A DNA stretch of 64,000 nucleotides from a virus. Both the position numbers and the translations under genes were made by a program. The stretch is taken from the IMG/VR virus record IMGVR_UViG_3300038454_000106, positions 1 to 64,000 of that record; one strand, 5' to 3'. Below are positions 8,686 through 19,005 of this stretch, one piece after another (position 1 is the first letter of the stretch; each line of letters opens with the position of its first letter). The notes beneath the pieces were generated by a model, which was given only the letters and a program-made list of their open reading frames with translations, was not told the origin of the DNA and did not search any database.

Positions 8686-9363
8686 ATGTGGCGCAGTCTT
8701 CGTGGCTCGTCCCTCGATTTCTTGTCGACGTTCGGGAACACGTCGGCGCTCGGTCGCGGCACGACGGCGACAGTGCTCAGCTCGGGTAGCCTCGGGATCA
8801 TACCCAACCCGTTCCCAAGAACCCGACCGGCGCCGTTCCCGACGACGATCCCGAGGACAACGCCGACGCCGCCACCACCACCGACCTCCGTCCCTCCTCC
8901 TGCAGATCGGCCGCAGGTCTATGAGCCGACCACGTATCCGCCAGAACCTCCCGTGACGCCCGCGCCTCCCGTGACGCCCGCGCCTCCCGTGACGCCAGCG
9001 CCTCCTGCACCTCCTGCGCCTCCCACGACGCCTACGCCTCCTGCACCTCCTGCACCTCCTGCGCCTCCCACGACGCCTACGCCTGGCGCAGATACCTCAT
9101 CGGGGCAGGCCCAAGTCCCAGCCCAAGTCCCAGCGTCGCCAAACGTGCCCGCACCACCCGTTGGAGCCGGTACGACAGCAACGGTGACCCAAGAGCCGAC
9201 GTCGCCGCCACCCGTTGAAGCCGGCGCGGCGACGCCGCAAGAGCCGAGCCCGGCACCAGCGCCAGCCTGGTACTCGAGCACACCCGTCAAGATCGCTGCA
9301 GGGGTCATCGTAGCCGGCGGGATCGCCTACGGCATGTTGAGGTTGCTCAGCGCCGGCCGCTAG
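8686..9363 (+). CDS. Pro/Thr-rich protein with C-terminal WY-TM anchor
   Basis: PPVTPA repeats; PAWYSSTPVKIAAGVIVAGGIAYGMLR; TAGACT 7 nt before the ATG. Confidence 0.75.
   Translation: MWRSLRGSSLDFLSTFGNTSALGRGTTATVLSSGSLGIIPNPFPRTRPAPFPTTIPRTTPTPPPPPTSVPPPADRPQVYEPTTYPPEPPVTPAPPVTPAPPVTPAPPAPPAPPTTPTPPAPPAPPAPPTTPTPGADTSSGQAQVPAQVPASPNVPAPPVGAGTTATVTQEPTSPPPVEAGAATPQEPSPAPAPAWYSSTPVKIAAGVIVAGGIAYGMLRLLSAGR
8948..9085 (+). repeat. Coding tandem repeats (18-bp CCTCCCGTGACGCCCGCG and related)
   Basis: Encodes PPVTPA x3 and PPAPPAPPTTPT x2. Confidence 0.85.
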
Positions 9364-9365
9364 GG

Positions 9366-10658
9366 CTATCGCCGACTTCGTGCCATCGAGACGGCAAACA
9401 TCATGAGGCCCGTAGCGAGGCCTCCACCGATGGCGAGTCCCGCGATACCGCCAGTCGTCTTGTACCAGGGTGGTGGTGGTGCGGGTGGTGGTGCGGGTGG
9501 TGGTGCGGGTGCGGGTGCGGGTGCGGGTGCGGGTGCGGGCGCGGCTGCGGGTAGTTCTGGCGTCGGAGGCTGGATCGTTGGCGTCACCGGCGGCAGTGGG
9601 TTCGCGATCATGCACATGTGTTGCAGCCCGGCATTCGTCACGGCGATCGCGGCTTGGTACGGCGGGGGAGCATACGTCGCTGCAACGGCGGCTCCTGCTT
9701 GCACTGCCGGCTTATCCATATTGTCGCAGACCGCGCCAAAGATACGACCCACTGAATTCTCGAGCAGCCAGACGAGCGGCGCGCCGACATACCTCTCGAT
9801 GGTGCCTCGAGTGTCCGGCTGCCGTGAGAGAATCACAGTGTAGCTGGTGCCATCATTGGCATGCTCGACGGAGACATCCCAATGTCGGCCTCCGGGGTCG
9901 ATCTCCACGGGTGCCGCACAACTGAGGATCCCGTTTGGCCAGTTCTTCGTGATGCATCCACGGCACCAAGCGGCGCAGGATCGCAGGAACACGTGGCAGA
10001 GCGGCAACACACCGTCAAACACCTTTTTCTCGAGAAGACTGCCGCCCGCGGCGATGAAGTGCTTGAGCCCGTCTGCGTTGACTAGCTCGGCGTGCGTCGG
10101 GTTGACCCGCTGCCGGATACCCTTGTAGGTGACAGCAAAGCCAGGATTGCGGTCCAGGAAGCTTTGGAGCGAGCCCTTCTGATCCCCGGCGGCCTTGATG
10201 AAGTCTTCTCGTGAGCGAGCCGACGCGGCGACGAGAAGCTTGCTCTTGACCGCGGAGGAGAACTCGGAAGCCTTGAAGGTCTTCCTTATCGTGGCGTTCG
10301 GACCAGTCAGGTTCCGATTCGCGAAGTCGTCGAGCGTAAACCAGATCCCATAGGGGAGCTTCACTGAGCCCGCAGGCATGTACCAGGCGGCCACTTCCTG
10401 CCCCAGCGTGTTCCAAGCCTCTTTCGAGCAATCTTGGCCGCTGCAAGAGGGCAAGGACTCAGTGGCCTTGCGCATGAGGTCAAACTCGAGATCGCCTGCA
10501 GCTTTGTTCTCGGGACTGTTCCACGCCTTGCTCTCCACGTACCCGCCAGGATTGGCGGGATCGCTCACGAACCCATAGCAGGGGTCACTCGGGCTGGTGC
10601 CCAGGCCGGCGACGCCGGCGAACCCATAGCCTACACGGTGGTACGCGATGCCGAGCAT
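9366..10658 (-). CDS. Surface/virion-like protein with Pro-Ala linker and C-terminal PWY-TM anchor
   Basis: 430 aa; (PA)n linker from GGTGCG repeats at about 9470-9540; PWYKTTGGIAGLAIGGGLATGLMMFAVSMARSRR. Confidence 0.8.
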   Translation of the reverse strand: MLGIAYHRVGYGFAGVAGLGTSPSDPCYGFVSDPANPGGYVESKAWNSPENKAAGDLEFDLMRKATESLPSCSGQDCSKEAWNTLGQEVAAWYMPAGSVKLPYGIWFTLDDFANRNLTGPNATIRKTFKASEFSSAVKSKLLVAASARSREDFIKAAGDQKGSLQSFLDRNPGFAVTYKGIRQRVNPTHAELVNADGLKHFIAAGGSLLEKKVFDGVLPLCHVFLRSCAAWCRGCITKNWPNGILSCAAPVEIDPGGRHWDVSVEHANDGTSYTVILSRQPDTRGTIERYVGAPLVWLLENSVGRIFGAVCDNMDKPAVQAGAAVAATYAPPPYQAAIAVTNAGLQHMCMIANPLPPVTPTIQPPTPELPAAAPAPAPAPAPAPAPPPAPPPAPPPPWYKTTGGIAGLAIGGGLATGLMMFAVSMARSRR

Positions 10659-10720
10659 GGCTTCGAGTCTAGTCGTGGCATGCTACGAAAGATAGACACC
10701 AACGGGGCAACCCACGAGCC

Positions 10721-10888
10721 CTAGTCATTGAGCGCGAGCCGGAGGTCGACCAGAAGGGTCCGAAGGTGCTTCCGGTCGTCCCTGGCCATCTCGGCCACTG
10801 AAAGGAAGCGGTTCAGCTCGACGAGCACAAGTCTCGCGTCGGCAATCCGTTGCCTGAGTCGGATCTCCTCTGTTGAGGCAGGGGCCAT
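10721..10888 (-). CDS. Small helical hypothetical protein (55 aa, below ORF-track cut-off)
   Basis: MAPASTEEIRLRQRIADARLVLVELNRFL...LALND*, translated by hand. Confidence 0.5.
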   Translation of the reverse strand: MAPASTEEIRLRQRIADARLVLVELNRFLSVAEMARDDRKHLRTLLVDLRLALND

Positions 10889-11492
10889 GCACTACCTCCT
10901 CGAGAGACATAGACTATCACGGCTCGCTTGGTGGGTCGGGACGCTTACGCTGGGCTCAATTGGGATCGCTCTGGTTCCTTCGGCGTGATTGGATCGCTTG
11001 GATCAATTGGATCGCTCTGCTTCCTCAGGCTCGCTCACGTACCGTGGTTGACTCGTTGGGTTTGGGCTCGCTTCACGTTGTTGGCGCTCGCCTTGGGCTC
11101 GCTCATCTGGCTTGGGTGCCGCATCACTCGCAGGCCCATGCTAGGACGCCGTCGCTCGTCGATGCTCGCGATGCTCGAGAAACGGCTCGATGAGCTGCGC
11201 GGGATCCTCGTCGGGTGCCGCGAGCCCGACGAAGGTGAGTTCAAAGCCATCGCCAACCAGGTTCCGTGCTTCGTAGATCTGGCCACTGCGAGTCCGCACC
11301 ATCGTTTTGCCGCTCACGCCGTGCGCGGAGCACGTCGTGACGAGGAGGAAGACCGGCATGACGACGAGGTGCCGCTGGTCATCACCCTCGGCGATGTACA
11401 CGGCCAGCCAGCCCGGGGCCTCGACGGTCTCGGTTTGTACCTCGCAGCTCACAAGGCACAAGCTATCACGTGCCGACGTCATGCCAGCGGGA

Positions 11493-11840
11493 TCAATTGG
11501 CAAGCCAGCTCTCGAGCCAATGCCCGTGACCTTCCTCATCGACTACCTTGGCGAAGCCGAGCAGTTCAATCGTCGCGCTCTCGGGTAACGTCTCGAGGTA
11601 GGCCGGCCAGGCGTTCGGACCCTCCACGGCAATGATGGCCACGGTCAGGATGTCCTCCTGCAGGGCGTCACGCACGCTCTGGAGTCCTGCCTCCTCCAGA
11701 TCGTAGCTCTCCGACGCAAGCTCTACCCATCTCAGGTAGTGGCGTGCCCACTGGATCGCCAGGTCGACCGTCCGACATGGTGGCGAGTCGGACAACCAAC
11801 CGCGCCCTCCAGGACGGCAGTGGAATGCCTGATAACGCAC
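11493..11840 (-). CDS. Hypothetical protein
   Basis: Starts immediately after the helicase stop codon. Confidence 0.55.
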   Translation of the reverse strand: MRYQAFHCRPGGRGWLSDSPPCRTVDLAIQWARHYLRWVELASESYDLEEAGLQSVRDALQEDILTVAIIAVEGPNAWPAYLETLPESATIELLGFAKVVDEEGHGHWLESWLAN

Positions 11841-13505
11841 CTAGTTGACTCCCTGCGTCTTTTGTCGGATGGCGTAGGTCCAGGCGCCCCCGCGCGCCGA
11901 GATCTCGATGTCGTAGCGGGCCAGCAAGTGCGGCGAGCGGAGCCGCTGGATCAGCATCGACACGCCCTTGATGGGCTGCCGGTTCATCGCGTCGGCGATC
12001 AGGTTGAGCGACCGGAGCAGCTCGTCGGCGTCGACCGGACGACCGACATTGCTCGGGATCCTTGCCCACGTCTCGAGCAGGTCTACCACGTCGTCGGTCT
12101 CGGCTGCGAACGCGTCACGCTCGCGCTGTAGACCTGTCAGCATCGCGTCAACGTCGGCATCGGACCAGCCGAGCGCCTCGCCTACCACCAGGGCGAATGC
12201 CGAGAAGTCGGCCATGCGGTACTGGCCGTCGGCGCTGAGCCCGCCCCGCTCGCGCAGACGTGCCACGATTCGACCCAGCCAGTACAGCCACTCTCCATAC
12301 AGGCGCTCGATGTCCTGATCGATGTCTCGTTGGATCGCAGACAGTGGTGTGAACTTCGGACGTCGCGCGAGTCGGAGCACCACGATGCGGTCCACGATGT
12401 CGGAGCGCCGGAACGAGGATGGGTTCATCGAGGTGACGGCGACGAATGCATGGGGCCGGATCACCTGCTCCTCGGTGTCGTGGTAGAGGCGCCGGCGTAC
12501 CCACTCTCCCTTGGTGACGTAGGAGCAGATCGCGTTAGGAATCCACTTCACGTAGGAGTCCACGTTGTCGAACATGGCGATGGGTGAGCGCACGAGCTGG
12601 ATCGCGAAGTCGTCCTCGCGATTCTCGGCGACTTGCATCACGCGATCACGGCCATGCACGATGCGCTGGAGGATCGACACCGCCGAGGTCTTGCCCGAGC
12701 CTGGTGGCCCCTCGACGAGAAGAAAGGGCTTCGTTGGCAGTAGATCATGGAAGGCCGTCGCGAACGACCAGGCCAGAAACGCTCGGCGCTGATCAAGGGG
12801 CCGCATGCCGCCAGGCGTCTCGTCGGCGCAGTGCAAGTTGCTGAGCGTGGCCAGAAGCCTACCGTGGTTCGCGATCAGCGGCGCGCGTCGGACACCACCC
12901 CACTCGCGGCCACCGTCGTCGTCGAGGAAGAACACACGTTCACCGTTGGGAACGATGTCGGCGCCGCGCCCATCGAGGGCCCACGCCCAGCCGTTGTATC
13001 TTGACAGGTAAAGCACCTGCCGCTCCATGTCGTAGACCGCGAACCGACGACTCTCCCGGGGCCAGCCCTTCTCGAGGATCATCGAGCGCAGGTTCGAGAT
13101 GATGGCCTTGGTGAGCGCGTCCTTGCCGTTGAGCCGGTACCGATACAGGAGGTAGCCGAGGAGGGCTTCCGAGCGCTCGGAGATCCGCATCACACGATGG
13201 CGATGTCCCTCGACGAGTACCGCGTCGTGCTCGGGCACCGAGCGGATCATGAGGGTCCCGGCCGCCAGCTCGGTGCGCACGATCTCGTTGGTGAGCGAGG
13301 CGACAAGGTCATCCTCGGGCATCCAATTCGACTGCTGGCGTACGGTCCAGAACTGCCTACGTGAGAGCTTGCATCGCTCCTCCCAGGCGATGATCGACTG
13401 CGGCGTAGCCAGCGGGTAGCTCTCGTCCGGCGCCACCACGTCCAGGTGATCGGCGTCGGGTCCGGAGTCGCCTGGCTCGAAAAAGACCTGATCGCGATCG
13501 CTCAT
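11841..13505 (-). CDS. Primase-associated P-loop helicase/ATPase (phage/plasmid replication type)
   Basis: Walker A LLVEGPPGSGKT, Walker B AMFDN, RRLYHD, VTSMN, RMADF motifs. Confidence 0.75.
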   Translation of the reverse strand: MSDRDQVFFEPGDSGPDADHLDVVAPDESYPLATPQSIIAWEERCKLSRRQFWTVRQQSNWMPEDDLVASLTNEIVRTELAAGTLMIRSVPEHDAVLVEGHRHRVMRISERSEALLGYLLYRYRLNGKDALTKAIISNLRSMILEKGWPRESRRFAVYDMERQVLYLSRYNGWAWALDGRGADIVPNGERVFFLDDDGGREWGGVRRAPLIANHGRLLATLSNLHCADETPGGMRPLDQRRAFLAWSFATAFHDLLPTKPFLLVEGPPGSGKTSAVSILQRIVHGRDRVMQVAENREDDFAIQLVRSPIAMFDNVDSYVKWIPNAICSYVTKGEWVRRRLYHDTEEQVIRPHAFVAVTSMNPSSFRRSDIVDRIVVLRLARRPKFTPLSAIQRDIDQDIERLYGEWLYWLGRIVARLRERGGLSADGQYRMADFSAFALVVGEALGWSDADVDAMLTGLQRERDAFAAETDDVVDLLETWARIPSNVGRPVDADELLRSLNLIADAMNRQPIKGVSMLIQRLRSPHLLARYDIEISARGGAWTYAIRQKTQGVN

Positions 13506-13552
13506 AAGGAAGGGCCGTTGTACGTCGTCGCGACGACGTAGCGTCTGGGCTC

Positions 13553-15127
13553 ATGGCCGCTCTGCTCGAGTCATTTCACCTGTCTCCAGACAGGCTCAAG
13601 CCCGATTGGTACCGAACCGATCCCGGCTGCATGCAACTGATTGGACATCTTCCTGGGGTGATCTATGACCAGCGCGGGACCTGGATCCACCGTACGCATC
13701 TTCCCGTGCTCCGGGGCCTGCCGTTCACGGTTGACAAGCTGTGGACGTACCCGTCACGCACCCTCCCGGCTGTGCCAAACGTCCAGCTCCGACCTCACCA
13801 GGAGGAAGCTGTCCGGTTCACGGACTCCCGTCGAGGTGCGCTACTCGCGTACGAGATGCGCACCGGCAAGACAGCAGCAGCGATCTTTGCCCATGATCCC
13901 AACCGTGGCCCTCTGCTCATCGTGGCGCCCCTGAACGTGCGCTCGGTCTGGCTCGACTGGATCCGCCGGCGGTGGCCACTTGCCGAGCCGTACGTGATCG
14001 AGGGTCTCACCTACGACCGTGCTCGGTTCCTCAATGCCGGGATCATCTTCGCACACTACGACGTGATCCGACGGCACACGAGCCTTGGGATCACGCCGGG
14101 TACGATGGTCCTCGACGAGTGTCACCTCCTTGCCAATCCTCGAAGCCAGCGCACGCGGGCGTGCCTCACGTTCGCGTCGATGGCCCGGAAAGTCATTTGC
14201 CTATCCGGCACGCCGCAGTGGAACCGCCCCGTCGGACTCTGGGCCCTGCTCGCAGCCTGCAACCCGGGCGCCTGGGGTCGCTTCCACGAGTTTGGCAAGC
14301 GGTACGGGGCGCCGGTGCAGAATGGCTACGGCGTCAAGTACACGGGCTCCTCCCACGAGGAGGAGTTCCGCGCGCGCACCTCCGAGGTGATGCTCGTCCG
14401 GCGCTGGGCCGACGTGCAACAGGACCTTCCGCCGATCACAAGGTCTGTCGAGATCGCATTCTTGGGCGCCGAGCAACGTCTCCTCCTCGATCGTGCCGTC
14501 GAGATCGAGCGCGATCACCTCTATCGCTCTGCGATCGGAGAGACGAGCGTGTTCCGCAGGCTCGTCGGAGAAACCAAGGTGGCGTTGGCTGCAGACCTCG
14601 CCCAGCACGTGCTAGACGAGGCGCAGCCGGTCGTAGTGTGGACCCACCACCGTGAGGTGGCGAACGCGATCCATAGATGTCTGGAGGGCTCGATCTTGAT
14701 CACCGGAAATGTTCCCATCGCCGAGCGCACGCAGCGGCTCACGGAGTGGCAGGCGGGACGGCATCCGAACGCACTGGTCATCACCTTGGCCGTGGGACAG
14801 GTCGGGATCGACCTCTCACGCTCTCACCATGCCGTCTTTGCCGAGCTAGACTGGACGCCCTCGGTGATCTACCAGGCCGAGATGCGCACCTTTGCGCCGA
14901 GTCGGCCAATGTCCGCGACCTACGTCGTCGCTGATCATGAGATCGAGCACGCGCTCGTGGAGGCGGTGCTGAGCAAGGCCGACGATGCCCAGCGCATGGG
15001 CCTTCCCCCGACGGAGGTGGCTCTCACGCTGGCCCATGCCTTCGGCGCCGAGACCGACAGTGCATCCATGGACCAGCTCATGCGCGCTATTCTTCTCAAC
15101 GGGGAACGTTTGCTTGCCGAGCTGTGA
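13553..15127 (+). CDS. SNF2-family helicase
   Basis: LRPHQ, EMRTGKT, LDECH, LSGTP-NRP, GIDL, QAEMR motifs. Confidence 0.9.
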   Translation: MAALLESFHLSPDRLKPDWYRTDPGCMQLIGHLPGVIYDQRGTWIHRTHLPVLRGLPFTVDKLWTYPSRTLPAVPNVQLRPHQEEAVRFTDSRRGALLAYEMRTGKTAAAIFAHDPNRGPLLIVAPLNVRSVWLDWIRRRWPLAEPYVIEGLTYDRARFLNAGIIFAHYDVIRRHTSLGITPGTMVLDECHLLANPRSQRTRACLTFASMARKVICLSGTPQWNRPVGLWALLAACNPGAWGRFHEFGKRYGAPVQNGYGVKYTGSSHEEEFRARTSEVMLVRRWADVQQDLPPITRSVEIAFLGAEQRLLLDRAVEIERDHLYRSAIGETSVFRRLVGETKVALAADLAQHVLDEAQPVVVWTHHREVANAIHRCLEGSILITGNVPIAERTQRLTEWQAGRHPNALVITLAVGQVGIDLSRSHHAVFAELDWTPSVIYQAEMRTFAPSRPMSATYVVADHEIEHALVEAVLSKADDAQRMGLPPTEVALTLAHAFGAETDSASMDQLMRAILLNGERLLAEL

Positions 15128-15177
15128 GCCATCCGGACCGCTCTGTTACGTCTCCGTGTTGTTGGTGACGTCCCCGT

Positions 15178-16392
15178 GTGATACGGAAGGAAACATCGCC
15201 GGCACTGCCTACGGATCGGAGGGATCCAGTGGCTGCATCATCGCGTGCTCGTAAAGCAGCGCGACCGTCCTGCCTCCTGTGCGGGTCGGTCGGTATCTCC
15301 GTCGGGACCTACGGGCTCTATGAGCATCCTACTTCCGAGGTGTGTAGCGTCCGACTCTTCGAGATGGATGGCACCTGCGCCGATGACCGCTTCGAGCTGG
15401 AGGATGGCACGCTCTATGCCATCGGCGACACTGCCGCTCCGGTTGTCAACGCGTGTGCATCCTCCGAGAATGCATCCTCCGCAGCGGAGGATACTACAAG
15501 CCTCGTGTTCTTCTCGGCGCCCTCGTACATCAACGTCGAGGAAGCCACCTTGGCCCTGTTCGCCAGCACCGGCCTCGAGCGCCTCGGTGGCGCTTCGGGT
15601 GACCGTGGCTGGTCGTCAGTGTCCACCTTCCAGCGGTGTCCTCACCTGTGGGAGGCGACGTATCTCGGTCGCAAGCCCGCCCGCAAGGGCCGAGATCCAG
15701 ACGGGCTCCAGATCGGCTCGCTTGTCCACACCCTGCTGGCGGTCCACTACCAAGCTCGGATCCTTCCAGGCTACCCGATCACGCCCGAGTCAGTGCGTGA
15801 GTACTGCCTCGATCAGCGAGTGGATCCTGCGATCGTCGATGAGTCGTGGCGGGTCTTCGTGGCCCATCGGATCTACTACGGACCTGAGGGTCCAGGCTCA
15901 CCCAAGGATAGTCAGATCGAGCCTCTCGCCGTCGAGCATCGCATTGCGGACCCCAAGACCGGCCGTTCAGCTCGCTATGACCTCGTGGTCCGTTTGCCCG
16001 AGGCCACGATGAGCCTTAGCGCGGGCACGTGGATCTTCGAGCACAAAACGAGTGGCCGCTTCGACCAGGCAACGCTCGATGGCTGGCGCAACGATGGTGA
16101 GATCTTGGGCCAGATCGATCTCTGGGAGACGCTGAAGCTCGACAAGCGATTCGGCAAGCTGCAAGGAGTCGTGGTCAACATCCTTGGCAAGCAAAAGAAG
16201 CCTGAGTTTCATCGGACGATCGTGTCCCCGCTTCGATGGCAAACGCGTGATCATCGTCGGTCCATGGCGATCTGGGGCGCCGAGATCGATCGCGCGATCG
16301 CAACTCAGGTGTTTCCGCGCGCTCGTGCGCACTGCGTTGGGCGCTACGGCATGTGTCCACTGTTCGACGCGTGCTCGGAGGACAAGGGATGA
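15178..16392 (+). CDS. PD-(D/E)XK (RecB/Cas4-like) exonuclease
   Basis: SSVSTFQRCP, GSLVH, VE...YDLV...EHKT and C-terminal C..C..C cluster. Confidence 0.85.
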   Translation: MIRKETSPALPTDRRDPVAASSRARKAARPSCLLCGSVGISVGTYGLYEHPTSEVCSVRLFEMDGTCADDRFELEDGTLYAIGDTAAPVVNACASSENASSAAEDTTSLVFFSAPSYINVEEATLALFASTGLERLGGASGDRGWSSVSTFQRCPHLWEATYLGRKPARKGRDPDGLQIGSLVHTLLAVHYQARILPGYPITPESVREYCLDQRVDPAIVDESWRVFVAHRIYYGPEGPGSPKDSQIEPLAVEHRIADPKTGRSARYDLVVRLPEATMSLSAGTWIFEHKTSGRFDQATLDGWRNDGEILGQIDLWETLKLDKRFGKLQGVVVNILGKQKKPEFHRTIVSPLRWQTRDHRRSMAIWGAEIDRAIATQVFPRARAHCVGRYGMCPLFDACSEDKG

Positions 16393-16727
16393 CAACGATG
16401 GTGACAGAGAGCTTGGAGGCTCTGGACGTCGAGATCCGACGCCAGAACGAGGCGTTCCACACGTACAGCCTTGCGCTCGAGGAAGCGTTCAATGCCGACG
16501 CGCCCGTCAGTGCGCTACATCATGAGGGGCGCGCCAGGCTATCCCAGCTTCTCGACGTCATGCAGATCGGCATGAGGGCGCTTGAGCGCCACCCCGACCT
16601 GGAACGGCTCGGTGGCGTTCCACGTGCCGAGTATCCAGCGATCATCCTGTTCCTCACGCGCTTCTCTCGCTTCTACGAGCTGCTGCTCAAAGCCGATCGG
16701 GACCAGGCCAGGAGGGACACGATGTAG
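16389..16727 (+). CDS. Hypothetical protein
   Basis: ATGA overlap with the nuclease gene. Confidence 0.6.
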   Translation: MTTMVTESLEALDVEIRRQNEAFHTYSLALEEAFNADAPVSALHHEGRARLSQLLDVMQIGMRALERHPDLERLGGVPRAEYPAIILFLTRFSRFYELLLKADRDQARRDTM

Positions 16728-16800
16728 GCGGCGGCACGTTTCCATCGTGCTCGACGGCAACGTGCCGTCGTCGGGCGCGTTGTCAACCAAGGGCACAACC

Positions 16801-17718
16801 ATGAAGGTGATCGATATCCGAGCCGCGCGGTCGCGGTCTGGCTCGGAGGCTGTCAAGCACTCCCAGATCACGCTCCTCAACTATGGAGCCACGCGCAGCG
16901 GCAAGACTGAGCTACTGGCGACCTTCCCTCGTCCGCTCCTCCTCGCCGAGGTGAGCGAGCACGGCTGGGAAACGATCGAGAACATGCCGGCCGAGAAGTT
17001 CTACGAACCCGGCGTGGAACCGATCGTGTGGGGGATCGAGACACCCCAGGACATGATGGAAGCCATCTCGAAGCTCCCGGCCGAGGTCGCCTCTGGCCGC
17101 GTTCGCACCGTCGGCGTCGACTCGCTGAGCTTCTACCACGATCTCTTTCTCAACATGCTCATGGGCATCGCCGAGCGGAACGCCGGCGCGAGCAAGGAGC
17201 CCGACACGCGCAAGGTGTACTCGTCCCTCGCGAGTCACTTGCGTGATATCCGCATCCGTCTCCATGGCCTTGGCGTTCATGTCGTCTGGAACTGCCAGGA
17301 TGCCCCCGTCGACGAGCAGCACAAGGAGTCGGGGCCGAATCTCGCCGGCCAGAGCCGGCAGAAGTTCCCAGCAGCGTGCTCGCTGTTCACCTATCAGAGC
17401 AAGTATCGGGTCCAGAACGCGGAGGTATTCCAGCTCCACACCCGGCAATACGCGCATTACCCCGCCGGGGGGCGCTACGGTGAGCTGCTCCCGCCGGTGA
17501 TCACCAGCCCGACGTTCAAGAAGCTCTGTTGGTACCTGTTCGAGGATGGCCGTGCTCGTGAAGCGCAAGGAGAGCGCTTCGATGATGGAGATCCATCCGA
17601 GATCGCCTCCGTACCACCCGTCGCTGCCAAGCCGGCTCCGGCGCCGGCGCCTGCGCCGCGGGCTGCTCCGACACCCGCCAAGATACCGACATCGACGCCG
17701 ACTGCCGTCCGGCGATGA
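16801..17718 (+). CDS. AAA_24 / Sak4-like ATPase (phage recombination)
   Basis: LLNYGATRSGKT, VGVDSLS; adjacent to exonuclease and SSB-like genes. Confidence 0.8.
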   Translation: MKVIDIRAARSRSGSEAVKHSQITLLNYGATRSGKTELLATFPRPLLLAEVSEHGWETIENMPAEKFYEPGVEPIVWGIETPQDMMEAISKLPAEVASGRVRTVGVDSLSFYHDLFLNMLMGIAERNAGASKEPDTRKVYSSLASHLRDIRIRLHGLGVHVVWNCQDAPVDEQHKESGPNLAGQSRQKFPAACSLFTYQSKYRVQNAEVFQLHTRQYAHYPAGGRYGELLPPVITSPTFKKLCWYLFEDGRAREAQGERFDDGDPSEIASVPPVAAKPAPAPAPAPRAAPTPAKIPTSTPTAVRR

Positions 17719-17756
17719 CGCATCCGCTCTCGTGATCACAAGGAGACAACGCAGCC

Positions 17757-18350
17757 ATGAGTCAGTTCAACGACATCATGATCGGGGACCTCGGCCTCGA
17801 TGATCCGAACCTCGCCTCTTGGGATGGGAAGACTCGAGATCTGATTCCCGTCGGGCAGTACGTGCTCGAGGTCGCCGAGGTCAAGCTCGGCCTGTCCAAG
17901 AAGGGCAACAACACCATCGAGGTGGAGTGGAAGGTCGTCTCCGAGGGGGACGCCTATGGCAAGACCTTCCGCCAGTGGTACGGCACCGGGCAGACCGGCG
18001 TTGCCAAGAATGACCAGATCTCGAAGCGCCGGCTCAAGCATGTCTTCGTCGACTGCCTCGGCGTGACGATCCTGGCCGGCGGTGGCTTCTCGACGGGCGA
18101 CTGCATCGGTCGCCGTCTCATCGGCGAGGTCACTCACGAGTCACGCACCGAGTACTCGGCGCAGCGTGGCCAGGAGGTGCAGTACACCAACGAGCGCCTG
18201 GCCGCCGAGCGCCCGCTCGACGTCGAGGACGCTCAGCCGCAGCCCGAGCCGCAACCCGAGCCGGTCAAGCCCGAGCCGATGAAGCCGCAGAACGGCCAGA
18301 ACAAGACCAGGACGCCAGTGGCGACTCGCCAGCCTGCCGCCGCGAAGTGA
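17757..18350 (+). CDS. DUF669-like ssDNA-binding protein
   Basis: LIPVGQYVLEV...SKKGN...EG..YGKTF pattern; flexible C-tail; AGGAGA SD. Confidence 0.75.
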   Translation: MSQFNDIMIGDLGLDDPNLASWDGKTRDLIPVGQYVLEVAEVKLGLSKKGNNTIEVEWKVVSEGDAYGKTFRQWYGTGQTGVAKNDQISKRRLKHVFVDCLGVTILAGGGFSTGDCIGRRLIGEVTHESRTEYSAQRGQEVQYTNERLAAERPLDVEDAQPQPEPQPEPVKPEPMKPQNGQNKTRTPVATRQPAAAK

Positions 18351-18985
18351 TCATCACGAGTCGCGAGCACCGCGGCTCTTTTGGGAAAGGAATCTCCCAC
18401 ATCATGCGTGCCCCTTGTTCCTCCATGCGTGCCCCTTGCTCCTCGGTGCCGATCCGCTGGGAAGAGATCGCCGGGCCCATCGAGGTCGCCGACGTGCTCG
18501 ACATGGCCGCGACAATGACGCTATGCCGCGATGATGCGTGCGGCAACTGCGCCCCCCACGCGGCGCATCCGGTGCGCTCGAGGCGCGATCGCACCGAGTA
18601 CAACGTCCATCCGCTCGACGAGATCGTGTATGCGCATGTCCACGAGCGCGAGTGCCGGACTGCCGGCCAGATCTACGGACTGGTGCTGAACGACTATGGC
18701 ACCGTAGATTATCGGACCTTGCAACGGGCCCTCGCCCGTCTGTCCCAGGAGCACAAGATCATTGCGGTCCTCTCTCGTCGGCGACGCCGGCGCCTGGCCA
18801 ACCCCAACGATCTCGGTCGCCGGGGTGGAGCAGCCTCCGGAGGAGCCTACATCCGCTGGACGAGTCCGCTTCTGTGGACTCAGGATGGCCTCGAGTGCCT
18901 CACGGCTCAGGTGGAGGATCTGATCCAGGATCGGAGCCTGTGCCATGGCCGGAACCGAAGCGCTCGCCTGCGCTCGTCTCCTTGA
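18347..18985 (+). CDS. Hypothetical protein (possible wHTH); start uncertain
   Basis: 212 aa ORF; 21-bp tandem duplication near 18402-18443. Confidence 0.5.
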   Translation: MIITSREHRGSFGKGISHIMRAPCSSMRAPCSSVPIRWEEIAGPIEVADVLDMAATMTLCRDDACGNCAPHAAHPVRSRRDRTEYNVHPLDEIVYAHVHERECRTAGQIYGLVLNDYGTVDYRTLQRALARLSQEHKIIAVLSRRRRRRLANPNDLGRRGGAASGGAYIRWTSPLLWTQDGLECLTAQVEDLIQDRSLCHGRNRSARLRSSP

Positions 18986-19005
18986 GGGCGTGTGACCCGT
19001 GAGGC

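Noticed and set aside
9470-9540. (GGTGCG)n and other short tandem repeats (also about 48075-48135 and 55570-55680) as non-coding elements
   Set aside because: All are in frame and encode low-complexity linkers
15178-16392. Cas4 of a CRISPR adaptation module
   Set aside because: Context is a phage recombination operon (SNF2, AAA_24, SSB-like); no cas1 or cas2
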